Shown: piece by piece, positions 11,301 through 20,413 of the stretch | Layout of the letters: each line of letters opens with the position of its first letter | How positions within the stretch are numbered: position 1 is the first letter of the stretch | NCBI RefSeq assembly: GCF_001194135.2 | Contig: NC_068985.1 | Span: 15,556,803 to 15,591,386, forward strand | Origin: Octopus bimaculoides | Taxonomy: Eukaryota | Direction of reading: 5' to 3' | DNA: 34,584 bases | The notes under the pieces: generated by a model | Told to the model about the DNA's origin: nothing | Databases searched by the model: none | Seen by the model: the letters and a program-made list of their open reading frames with translations, nothing else | Made by a program: the position numbers and the translations under genes

Positions 11301-14300
11301 ATTATCATGCACATGACAATCATAATGAAATCTTATGCATGGGACTAATATTTAAGTTCCAGTTTGTTTATGCATGTAACAAATGATATTATCAACACTG
11401 ATACATAGAAAGGAATATTAGTTGAAATATAAAGGCAAGTTACCCATCCATTATCATTGCATCAAGAGTTGTTTCTCCAGCTTCATCTGGTCTTCCACCA
11501 TATCCAATACTTTTGCTGCACTGTCGATATCTTTCACACATGGAGCATCCTTGTTCAACAGCATCTAAAGCAGATCTTCCTTTACTGTTGATCACACTCC
11601 AAGCTTTAAAACAGATTAAAAAAACCCAAAAACAAAATCTGAGAGAAAGGGTCATCACAGTTATCTTCTAGCACCACTCCCAACAGACATTACAGTTACC
11701 CCCTGTCATCACTTCTCACAGAACAGACATCAGAGATACTTACCACTCTCACTACCTATACATCCCAATTAGTTACCTCCTCCAACCTTTCATCAACCTG
11801 CTCAACACATCTTTTAATGTACCACATAGATGGAATTTTTGACGCTGAATCCGAATTTGTTATTCATTTATTCTAGAAAAATTTTGCAAAAATGTTACAG
11901 GTGTTCAAAGTTTGATAATTTTCAGAAAACAGAATTTTCAGCCAATCAGAAAACAGCGCGTTCGCTGCCTCTTCCATCATTGGGGTTGGGGGGCATCAAA
12001 ATGTCAAAACATTGCTAGAAAGAACAATAAAAGCATTAAAATATACACGAATGAAGTTAACATTTAAAACATTTGCGAGCAAATTAAATATTTAAAAGCT
12101 ACGAACAAACAAACCAACAGGAGTTGCTAGAAATAACAATCAAAGCATTGTTTAAAACAGACATTTATTAGTTAAGAAAATTCAAGAACGAAAGTTTGCA
12201 ATACACTCTAGGATTTTATAAAATAAACCAGCTGGCCCCGTTCCGTCAAAAATGACGGCTAATTGTAGTATTTTAGAGTTGAAACGCTGATTTCTCTTTT
12301 CAGCGTTGAATGTTNNNNNNNNNNNNNNNNNNNNNNNNNNNNNNNNNNNNNNNNNNNNNNNNNNNNNNNNNNNNNNNNNNNNNNNNNNTACTCACACAAA
12401 GTTGAAACGCTCCCGCTACCAGTTTGCCAACACCCTTCCTTCGTTATTCATCTATCACCCCTTCCTTTCTCATTCATATGTTGTGACGGAGAAAAAAACA
12501 AACGCTTTATTATAGTAGAAGATTATCTTTCTCGTATCTCCTTCTTCTTCTTGTGCGCATGTGCAGCATCTTTGGTTACAATGGAAACAGAGTTTTTTTG
12601 CCACGGTGATGCGTAAAATACTCGCTTCTGATTGGCTAAAATACCCAAATGTTGCAAATTTTAAAGGCTAATAACTCTTAATAATGGATCTGTATGAAAA
12701 ATGAATTTCGTTTTCATAATTAGTATACAAAACCTAATCCATATACCAAATTTGAAAACAATCGGAACAAAATTGTAAACAGTGACGAAAACCACAAAGA
12801 TCCGAAGTTGTTTAATATTAAATGTCTTCAATTATATTATACAAAGCCTCCTCATTCAGCTATCACGTGATCTGGTGATTAGGGGAGTTGGTTGGTCAAG
12901 TACAACTATGCAACCGTGTCCCTACAACAAGTCATTTTCCCCATGGGAAAATCAAGCACCAGGTCACAGAAGATAAAAATAACAAATTTTTCGGCTGTCC
13001 GGCCTCTTTTGCCTCAGGCCCTCTTGTAAACTCCTTTTTTGATTGGTTAACGCTTCCCCCCTTGTTTGAAGGGGGAAGTGTGGTAATGGGGGCGAGATGT
13101 GGAAGTGTTAGCTCCTCAAACTTGTCACCGTCCGAGGAGGAGCTTGTCAAAAGTCTGAAGAGGATAGATGAAGTGATGGAGGTGAAGAACTTTGCAGAGG
13201 CGGTAAAAGATAAAAGTGAGGGCGTGTTTCTGGAGGAGTTGAATAGATTCAAAGGAATCCTTAAAAAGGAGGGGAGCGACGTAAAGATATCTCCTCCCAG
13301 TGAGACAACGGATAAAGTTAAAAGAACCACACTGTACAGAACTTACAGTTTGAAGTTACTACGAATACAGGTTGCAACCAAATCACAGGTTGAAAGGGCA
13401 TTGAGGCCAATATGGAAAGAGGTAAATTACTTTACCTGAGGAGGGAAATATGCAACAGTGGAGGTGCAGTTTGCGTCGGAGACTTTGGCCAAGTAGCATG
13501 CCGTGACTCCCCTCAAAACGTTCGAGGTGGTCCTACCCATCTACCTGGGAAGGCGTGCTTTTAGGGTAAGGGTAGAAGAGACCCCTCCTGAGGTGGATGT
13601 TGCCTGGCTGGTAGCCGCCATCCTATTGGGAATGGCGGATATGATTGTGAACATCCAGGCCAAAAGAATGCCACCAAGGAATTGGCAAGAGCAGGGCCTG
13701 GAAATGATAATCCAGGCCACCCCAGAAGATTTGGAGAGGATGGTGAAAACCATCACAGTCAGAGAGGATGTAAAACTGTTATGGTGGAGGGCATGACGTC
13801 ACGATACTTCAAATGTGGCCAAAACGGTCACACAAAAGCAGAATGTTCTCCACCTGCCGCAAAGAAATCAACGAAAGAAGCCGCACCTCGACCTCTTGCG
13901 ACGTCGTGTGTGAGCGTAAAGGAGCTAGAGAAGGTGGGAGAGAACCAGGAGGCTGAAGAGAAAGAAGGGTGGAATACATCATCGAAAAAAGGGAAAAGAG
14001 GGAAGAAAAGAAACCAAGGCGAAAATGTGAACTCATACGCTACTCCCAGCCATCTTCCAACCTGTCCCACGCCGTCCCGTCTTACCCCTGTAGTCACCAA
14101 CCCTCACCCAGCCCCTCCTGACACAGACACAATGACAAACACACAGGAGCCCGAAATTCCTCCATCCCCACCCCCAAAAGAGAGAAAAAATGTATGCTAT
14201 TTTGTATAGCAATAGAATAAGAGGGAAAATCAACTCTCAAGTGTTTCAAATAAGGGCTGGCCCGAGCACGTCGAATGCGCAATAGTAAGCAACGAAGAGA

Positions 14301-17300
14301 GGATTACACTAAAAAAACAATATTCGGGGTGGAGATCGTGGACTTAGAAAAAGAGATAGACTTAAGTAAGCTATCACCAAAGATGGCCTTTCATCACCTT
14401 GAACTCAATAGCTATTTGTAACGAATTAATGTTGTAAAAAAAGTGTGTCAAAAGAGTTAAACGAGGCCACTCGGATGTGAGGTCGAGTGGTCTTCATTCC
14501 ATTTTTTTTATCATTCATATCCATCTTTTCCACTCGTTTTTTCTTTTTTCCCCCACTTATATGTTTGTCTGTCCTTGTATCGTCCCTCTTTGTAGGCCCA
14601 TGTGGGCATTAAAGAACAATCTTTTGCCTCAGGCCAGAGACCATATGCAATTACCGTCGTTCTAATGACGTTTGCCTGGAAGTCTTCTAGACTACCGTCG
14701 TTCTAATGACGCTTGCCTAGCAGATTTCAGACCACTATCATTTTCACGACGTAGATTCAACAGCTATCATTATATCCTGCGTTATCATGGCGATTTGTTC
14801 AGCAGCTAATTCTATCACCACAGGCTATTCGACATTGGCTTGTCATGTTACCAATTTTGTTGACACCTGCTATGAACTTGTAACAGTAAGTCTAAGCTAT
14901 GAACTGAATATGTTTCCCGTTTAAACCCCACACACGGTACGCACACACGTTTCTGATACCCTTTCAATTTTGTCTCATGACTAGCTAGCGTTTACTTGTT
15001 ATTCAAAAAGGATCCATACGTTAATATTTGATTTCTTACATTGTATGAAAAGCTGTTTGTATCATCTATCCCAAATAAATTCTATTTAATATTGAATGGA
15101 GTCTAATCTTCCTTTTATGACAGAATACTATTATACAACTTAAATTTAGTGGAATGCTAGATGGCCATCCCTACACTACTGAGTTTGGTGTAATGTCATG
15201 GTAGTACCCCGCTAAAGCACTATATTGTGGTGCATGTGTATAAGTGGGTGTAGACATGCAGGTTTGTGTATGAACGTTGAGGGAAAAAAAAAATTCTGTT
15301 TTGTTTTACAAACAAAATACTGTGCAGTGCATAATTAGGTCAGCCTGCGAAGTAAGAAAGAAGATGCAGACATTCAAAAAGAAAACATGTAGCGAGAAAA
15401 AAAACAACAAAACAATGTAGTTGAAAGAATTGTACATGTGTGCAAAAATGTGCAATGCCAGTGGCCAAAGAGGAAAAAAAAGTATACAATTAGACTTTCA
15501 AAAACAAATGAAGGTGTGCAGTGCTAACAAAAGAGAACGAAATAAGCAAGCATTTGAAATACAAAAATATGTGTATGCGCACAAAGTCTAAGTACAGCAG
15601 GACTGGTTTGAAAAATCTGTGACTGTGGAGAACGTTGCATGTACGGGCTTTTCATTTTGGCAGTTTTTGGTCGGATGGCTGCAGAAATGTTACGTTTATT
15701 GATCGGAGATGTTTTCTTTGTGGATCTGTGCAACATAGTGGAGTGCATTCTCTGGCAGGTTGAAAGTGCATGGCGGGTTCTTTTCCTTTTTGCTGTGTGA
15801 CAGTCGAATGGAAACTGTGTGTAGTGAAAGTTGTTATTCTTGTCTTTAATGTGATGCTCATGATGTGAAGGCTGTAATTCTTGAGCTCGGGTTTCCAGAA
15901 TGTAGCGACGAAAGGGAAAATTTAACAGTAGAACAAAAAATTGTTTTTATCTTCCAAATGCAATGAAGTTGGTGAAGTAGAAGCAAATGTGTATTAGAAC
16001 GTCGGGAAGCATATTAGGCAACGGCTGTTGGAGCGAAGGCTGTAGATCTTTAAGCTCGGGGTCACCACTTGTAGTGGGCGTTTGGTGAAGGCCGCATTTG
16101 TTTTCACGGAATCGTGCGATGCAGCGAACTGATGTGCGATGTGACGGATATAGAACATGTAGAATCACATCGGGGTCACCAATTATAGCGGCTGAAGTGA
16201 GATGCCTTGTCATATCACATCAATATGATGTGGCTTAGTGCTTCTCAAGCTATCTGATATGGCGTACCGGCAGTTTTTTTTCCAATGTACCAGAGACAGG
16301 TAATATTTCTTAGCAATATTAATTTATACCGGAAACAATATATATCTACTACATATGTGGAAAATCGGTGTGTATTTGTTTGTGGCGTTGTTAGCTAACT
16401 CCTACATTGTTTTATTGATTTTGATGAAACTTGACACGTGAGTAGAACTCATGTCTGGAAACCTCGTGACATACTTAGATTGTTGAAAAAAATCGATAAC
16501 ACGGCCCCAGGAAGGGACCTTTATATCTACCTCATATAACTAATTTTTTAAATACCCAAGGGAAATAACGCATAGCACCTGCACAATATTTTAAAACACA
16601 GATCCACGAAGAAAACAGATTTTGGCACAAGGCCAGAAATTTTGGGGGAGGGAAAGTCGATTACGTCGACTCAACGCACAACTAGTACATATTTTATTGT
16701 TCCCTGCAAGGATGAAAGCAAAGTCGATCTCGGTGGAATTTGAATCGTCTGCTAGTTGGAGTTCAGCATACATTCATGCATGTGCATACAAAATGGACAA
16801 GTTAATCAGCTTTGGGAAGATTGGTGTCGGGTAAGTGTGGAATGGGGATGTTAAAAATTTGAAACTGCGAAAAAGTTCTTTCAGAATCGCAATCTCTGTA
16901 TTTTAAAAAGTGTAATTTGCTCTAAAAAAAAAAAAGAGAGAAGAAAAAAATGGTAAAAGTTTTAAAACCCTGGAGCAGCAGGTGGGCAAATCTTTTGGGA
17001 ATTAGAAAGCAGCAATATTTCGGTATTAGTATATGACGTAAGTCATGAATGAATGTGTGTGTGAGTGTATTTGTTATTGACTGTTCAGCTCTGTCAAGCA
17101 GATGAAACAAAATGTCACACACTCACTCATGACGCCATAGATTTTTACTGAAAGATTGTCTGGAAAGCTTTTTGTTGTAGAATCATAATCTCTGATATTG
17201 AAAACGAGGGGATCCGGAGTAATTTGTGAGAGAAGAATTAAAAAGTATATAAAAAGAAGATGAATCAGGAGTGGGGCGACTCTATGATATTTCTGCGTGC

Positions 17301-18071
17301 GTCTATCCATCTATTACACCCATGGACGTTTCTCGTGAGCGAATATGACTGAGTAGCATGCTTTCGCTAATTGTTTTAGTGAGCCTATATAATCACGAGC
17401 AGATATTGACAGCATCTCGACCCTCCCATCTTTTGATCCAAAGGAACGAGAAGGATGAGACAACCGGAAAGAGACAGGGTGCAGGGTCGCACCAGTTGTC
17501 GTCTGGTCTGACACTCATTTTCAGTTGAGAGGACTGGGGCAATGTGAAAAAAGGCGTCTCGATGAAAGACACAACGCACCGCCTGGTCCAAGCAGCGCTG
17601 GATTAATCATTAAGCAAAATAAGCAGAAAAGTGCTTAGGGTATCACGGGAAATGGGGGGCGGACACCACAGAAACGGTAAATGGTTTACAGCATAAAAGA
17701 TGTCATTTTAAACTTGCAAAAATAATATTCGAAATGGTTTATATGATCAGAAATATAATTTCGAAGTATTCATGGATTTAGGATGTATTCTGTTGGAATT
17801 GTAGTTTATCTTTTCTTTGTTTTCTTGCTATTCTTTCCATGCACACACAGTTTATGTATGGCAATAAAAATATTAATTTAGCACATAAACGATGGTTATT
17901 TAAGTTATTACATACTTTTACATTGCAATAAGAAGAGTAAAAGTATTTATAAAAGTTACCTTTCGCATTTGGTGTAATAAAAGGCCATGTATTTATGACT
18001 ATAGGTAAATTTGAACTCGCAGATCTAGCGACGAAAATTAGAAGGAATAATAAACACACCCTCTGTGACAT
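1506..18071 (-). CDS. AGA: Aspartylglucosaminidase (N4-(beta-N-acetylglucosaminyl)-L-asparaginase), whole gene, 8 coding exons, 1053 nt = 350 aa
   Basis: complement(join(17960-18071, 11444-11603, 9351-9463, 8797-8909, 7441-7643, 4707-4814, 2096-2229, 1506-1615)). All introns are GT-AG with consistent phases. Signal peptide, then [38 protein letters not shown]|TIG autocleavage site (Thr207), RVGDSP, ATGNGD. Confidence 0.96.
1740..2050. repeat. Degenerate (GT)/(GTAT) low-complexity microsatellite in AGA intron 7
   Basis: Direct reading; source of spurious H/T- and V/Y/C-rich ORFs. Confidence 0.85.
2096..2229 (-). CDS. AGA: AGA exon 7 ([44 protein letters not shown])
   Basis: TTTCAG| acceptor, G|GTGGGT donor, 134 nt, within ORF 2082-2276. 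Confidence 0.92.
2340..2514 (+). mobile_element. tRNA-derived SINE family A, 5' half
   Basis: GGCTGTGTGGTAAG...GTTCAGTACCACTG...TTGGGCAAGTG...GAAAGAAGCCC then (TA)n, matching the head of the copies at 21869 and 30141. Confidence 0.8.
2515..4260 (+). mobile_element. Non-autonomous Helitron/Helentron-like element with an internal ~278-bp tandem duplication
   Basis: 5' ACTAGC...ACCTGGCTTTGC. 3' CCAAATTTCAT..ATCGGTGCAGTAGTTTT...ACACACAAACACAC-TTATATAATAGAT. These termini are typical of Lep1/DINE-like elements (family assignment is inference). Confidence 0.55.
4420..4560 (-). mobile_element. SINE family A 3' part, diverged
   Basis: Reverse complement resembles CTTGACAAC..TTACGTCC..AACTTA..ATAAGTAC..GGGGTCGAT of the full copies. 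Confidence 0.5.
4707..4814 (-). CDS. AGA: AGA exon 6 ([35 protein letters not shown])
   Basis: TTTTCAG| acceptor, AG|GTCAGT donor, 108 nt, substrate-binding RVGDSP and ATG motifs. Confidence 0.96.
5116..5318 (+). mobile_element. (GAT)n-tailed retroposon family C, 3' end
   Basis: GCACCCACTACACTCTC..GTTAGGAAGGGCATCCAGC..CCCATGCTAGCATGGAAAGCGGACGTTAAA followed by (TGA)16. Near-identical to 9835-9991. Confidence 0.8.
7040..7300 (+). mobile_element. Family C retroposon copy, diverged
   Basis: GGAAGGGCAT..CCAACCCATGCCAG..GATGTTAAATAATGATGACGATGATG. Confidence 0.6.
7441..7643 (-). CDS. AGA: AGA exon 5 ([13 protein letters not shown]...[31 protein letters not shown]), contains the catalytic Thr
   Basis: TTCAACAG| acceptor, GG|GTTTGT donor, 203 nt, Thr codon at 7521-7523. 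Confidence 0.95.
7690..7874. mobile_element. Possible hAT/Charlie-like MITE
   Basis: Degenerate TIRs ATGTTTTCCAATCTGGGG ... AAAGGTTAGGAAACAATG. Confidence 0.35.
8035..8375 (+). mobile_element. Composite: SINE family D head (8035-8172) joined to a family C tail ending in (GAT)n
   Basis: GGCGAGCTGGCAGAA..GTTCTGAGTTCAAATTC..GACTTTGCCTTTCATCC-like head, then GTTAGGAAGGG..CCCATGCCAGCATGGAAA..(GAT)n. Confidence 0.65.
8797..8909 (-). CDS. AGA: AGA exon 4 ([10 protein letters not shown]...[12 protein letters not shown])
   Basis: TTGCAG| acceptor, AAA|GTAAGT donor, 113 nt, NCQPNFW motif. Confidence 0.95.
9351..9463 (-). CDS. AGA: AGA exon 3 ([37 protein letters not shown])
   Basis: TTTTGTAG| acceptor, G|GTAAAG donor, 113 nt, hand-translated. 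Confidence 0.95.
9610..9991 (+). mobile_element. Family C retroposon with four internal ~65-bp GGCACGT-AAAA repeat units
   Basis: Units start at 9618, 9684, 9748, 9815, followed by the family C tail and (GAT)n. Confidence 0.75.
10230..10305. mobile_element. Right end of a hAT-like MITE with an 18-bp perfect palindrome
   Basis: AGGGTTCATATGAACCCT (10274-10291) followed by GGTCGAGAACCACTG, the reverse complement of a CAGTGGTTCTC-type TIR. Confidence 0.5.
10770..10920 (-). mobile_element. SINE family D copy
   Basis: TTTTGGCACAAGGCCAG...CCCCAGTG..TGGTACTTAT...GAATTTGAA, same as 16620-16750. Confidence 0.6.
11444..11603 (-). CDS. AGA: AGA exon 2 ([20 protein letters not shown]...[10 protein letters not shown])
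   Basis: TTTAAAG| acceptor, GG|GTAAC donor, 160 nt, conserved Ntn-hydrolase alpha-chain motifs. Confidence 0.95.
11829..12829. mobile_element. Probable non-autonomous DNA-transposon remnant spanning an assembly gap
   Basis: Inverted GCCAATCAGAA(11941)/TTCTGATTGGC(12626) motifs, AATAACTCT and ACCAAATTTGAAAACAATCGG blocks. Its 5' GATGGAATTTTTGACGCTGAATC recurs, inverted, near 34490-34510. Confidence 0.35.
12315..12388. other. Assembly gap (74 N)
   Basis: Run of n. Confidence 0.99.
13021..14619 (+). mobile_element. ORF1-only non-LTR retrotransposon derivative (L1/Tx1-like, HAL1-like), 1.6 kb, with a 16-bp TSD
   Basis: Flanked by perfect TCTTTTGCCTCAGGCC at 13005-13020 and 14620-14635. 5' hairpin, disrupted ORF1, 3' hairpin, ATTAAA and a short A-rich end. 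Confidence 0.75.
13086..14209 (+). pseudogene. Disrupted LINE ORF1p/gag-like ORF with a degenerate zinc knuckle
   Basis: Three track ORFs join across in-frame TGA (13437) and TAG (13494) and one frameshift near 13780. [14 protein letters not shown] (13805-13846) is CX2CX4HX4C with the first C changed to Y. Basic/Pro-rich C-terminus. Confidence 0.65.
14652..14733 (+). repeat. Tandem ~41-bp duplication, each unit with a CGTCGTT-CT-AATGACG hairpin
   Basis: TACCGTCGTTCTAATGACG at 14652 and 14693. Confidence 0.85.
16341..16520. mobile_element. DINE/Helentron-like terminal block
   Basis: ATATCTACTACATA..GTGTGTATTTGTTTG..AACTCC..GATTTTGATGAAACTTGAC, the reverse of the 4190-4260-type terminus. Confidence 0.4.
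16620..16750 (-). mobile_element. SINE family D copy
   Basis: TTTTGGCACAAGGCCAG..GTCGAT..GGATGAAAGCAAAGTCGATCTCGGTGGAATTTGAA. Confidence 0.6.
17495..17592 (-). mobile_element. Old SINE family B core fragment
   Basis: Reverse complement GCGTTGTGTCTTT..TTTTCACATTGCCCCAGTCCTCTCAACTGAAAATGAGT matches the core of 23593-23925. Confidence 0.5.
17960..18071 (-). CDS. AGA: AGA exon 1 ([37 protein letters not shown])
   Basis: ATG at 18071, hydrophobic signal peptide, [10 protein letters not shown] motif, donor G|GTAAC at 17959 (phase 1). Confidence 0.93.
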
Positions 18072-18509
18072 GATTCAAGAAGAAATGAAATTTAAGTATA
18101 GGCTTAGAGTTATCTCCCCTTAGACAGAAGGTCAGCCATGTAGCGAGCTTCTAGGAAGGGTAATTCGAAACCACTTATTTCAACTTTAAACTCGTAATTC
18201 ATTTTGTTCCATTGTTTATTCAGTGTTATTTTAATATGTAATTGATTTGTTTTGTAAATGGGTTTCTTGTCTTCTCCAGAAACTCTTAGTTGTTGTTGAA
18301 ACAATACTCTAAAGATATTGAAAAACATATTTTTCACTCAAAATGCTTTGAGCGAATAGAGTAAGTTTGTTCGATCATGTAATGCCGTTGCTACAGTAAG
18401 AGACTTGAAAGCGAAACATAATTGATTTGATGGATTTATGAGGTTAAAATACATGAAGTGTGGAAGCAAATAGAACGTTTTCAATTAGCAAACTCATGAA
18501 ACTTCAACT

Positions 18510-18550
<41 letters not shown>

Positions 18551-20407
18551 CTGTGGTAACCTTCATATATTGACCGCAACATTTGTGAATAGCGAGTAGG
18601 TTTCGGTAATTATTTACAGTGACGGCTTTTGATTGAAATTAAAACACTGTATAAAATATGTGTGTTTATATAAAGTGTGTAAATTGTGTGAAACTCGATG
18701 TACTTTGAGTCGATAGCGCTGAGCGTTTATGTCTTATGTAATACAATTTAAATGGTTGTAAATTTATTTATTATATATGCATTACATTGAATTTCAAATT
18801 TGTTTAGTAGGGAATATATATGATTCCATACTGAATTTTAAGTTTAGTATGGTATTTTATTACGTGCATACGTTTGTTTATTCCTCATTATGACGAATGT
18901 GCGGAATCTGAAATCCGAATTAAGGCTTCCTAGCAAAGGTACTTCCCATCTTTGTTCTTGTCACGATGCTCGAATATAAAATTGTCAACCGGCGCTGTAT
19001 TTCCCATTATTAGTTACGCGCTAAGCTTCCTACTTTTGTACAGGAGGGAGCCTCAATGACATATAGTTTATTTATCATCATCATCGTTTTTATATCCTTC
19101 TTTTCTCTGCTTGCATGTTTTGGGTGAATCTTGAAGAACATCGTTCTTTTTGCCACATGGACTGGACACATTTTATCGCAGCTCTGACACTAGAGAGATT
19201 GTCTGGGATATGAGACATTTTGGCGTTGCTTATTCGACGCTGACTTATTTGAAACCAAACGTTTTAATATTTCTCACGTTTTAATGGTTCTGTCTCTTTC
19301 CTCTTCTCTCTGTTTATGTGTGTGAGGGTATTTCTCGATGTGTAAGAGGAGAAGGAAATTGTTTATGTTGATTGTGTTCGTTTAATAAATTGTAATGTCT
19401 CTCACCCTCACTCTATCTATATGTGTTTATTTCTGTTCGTGCAAACATGTGTGTATTCGTGGATTTACTTCCAACACCAGTGCTGTCACCAAAACAGGCT
19501 GAATATCCAGTCAGCCATACCAAATTGTCAGCATCATTCCATAGATGTAGATTTCCCTCTACCCTTTTTGGGGAATTCTATATTTTATCTGGAGTTAGTG
19601 CCTTCATAGGTGAGATTTTTTTTGTGATACTACGTGTAGAGTCCCTACATCCATCAGTCTTCATCATCATTTAATGTCCATCTTCCATGCATGCATGGGT
19701 AGGACAGTTGACAGGAGCTGGTGAGGTTGAAAAACTACCCTAGGCTACTGTGTCTGTTTTGGCAGGGTTTTTACGGCTGGATGCCCTTCCTAACACCTCC
19801 CACTCGGCAAAGTGGACTCAGTGCTCTTTATGTGGCACTAGCATAGGTGAGATTAGTTTTGGCATGATTTTAACAGCTGGAGACCCTTCCAAATGCCAAC
19901 CACTTTACAGTGTGGACTGGATGCTTTTTACATGGCACCAGCACTGGCAGGGTCACTAAGTAACTCACAAGAATGGAATTATGAGAGGAGCAGGGGTATT
20001 TGAAGAGAGGGACTTTTGTCAGAGAATGAAAGGTTAGAGTGTGATAAAAAGGCAGAAACAGAAACAAGTGTCTTGCTATAATGGAGGGGACATTGGAAGA
20101 CGTGATCCGATATCAAATGATGAAAGGTAATGTGTATCATATGTGATGTATGGATGCTGAGGAAATATGATATGTGTATCATATATGATACATAGTAAAG
20201 GCAGAGGGTTAAGAAGGACATCAAATGTATTACTCTCACCAATCCTAGAAGACTAAGAAATCCTTGGTGACAAGCCTCTTCCTCCAGACATAGATAATAT
20301 AAATCCTCTAAATACATTGATGGAAAATTAAGATTAAAGGTTAGAAAGAGCATTGCTAGTTGATAATTGTTTAATAAAATAATTTAGAAAGTTTTCTTTC
20401 TTTTCAG
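18072..20407. promoter_or_regulatory. Divergent (bidirectional) promoter region between AGA and the uORF-MKKS transcript
   Basis: Head-to-head orientation. Both transcription starts must lie in this interval. Candidate + strand donors: AGA|GTAAGT (18361), CTG|GTAAAT (18511), AAG|GTACTT (18939). TSS not identifiable. Confidence 0.55.
19660..19960 (-). mobile_element. Family C retroposon copy
   Basis: CATCATCATTTAATGTCCATCTTCCATGC...GGATGCCCTTCCTAACACC, the reverse complement of the family C tail. Confidence 0.65.
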
Positions 20408-20413
20408 CTAACA

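Noticed and set aside
12995-13025. U2 snRNA-like target of Keno/Tx1 elements
   Set aside because: Only loose resemblance (GGCCTCTTTTG vs GGCCTTTTGG), with no other U2 sequence nearby.
12888-13085. N-terminal 66 codons of ORF 12888-13439 as part of the protein
   Set aside because: The ORF runs across the TSD boundary (13005-13020) into flanking DNA. The element's own ATG is at 13086.
14652-14733. Hammerhead ribozyme (CTAATGA resembles the CUGANGA core) in a Penelope-like repeat
   Set aside because: The core G is altered, and there is no stem II followed by GAAA and no cleavage triplet in proper geometry.
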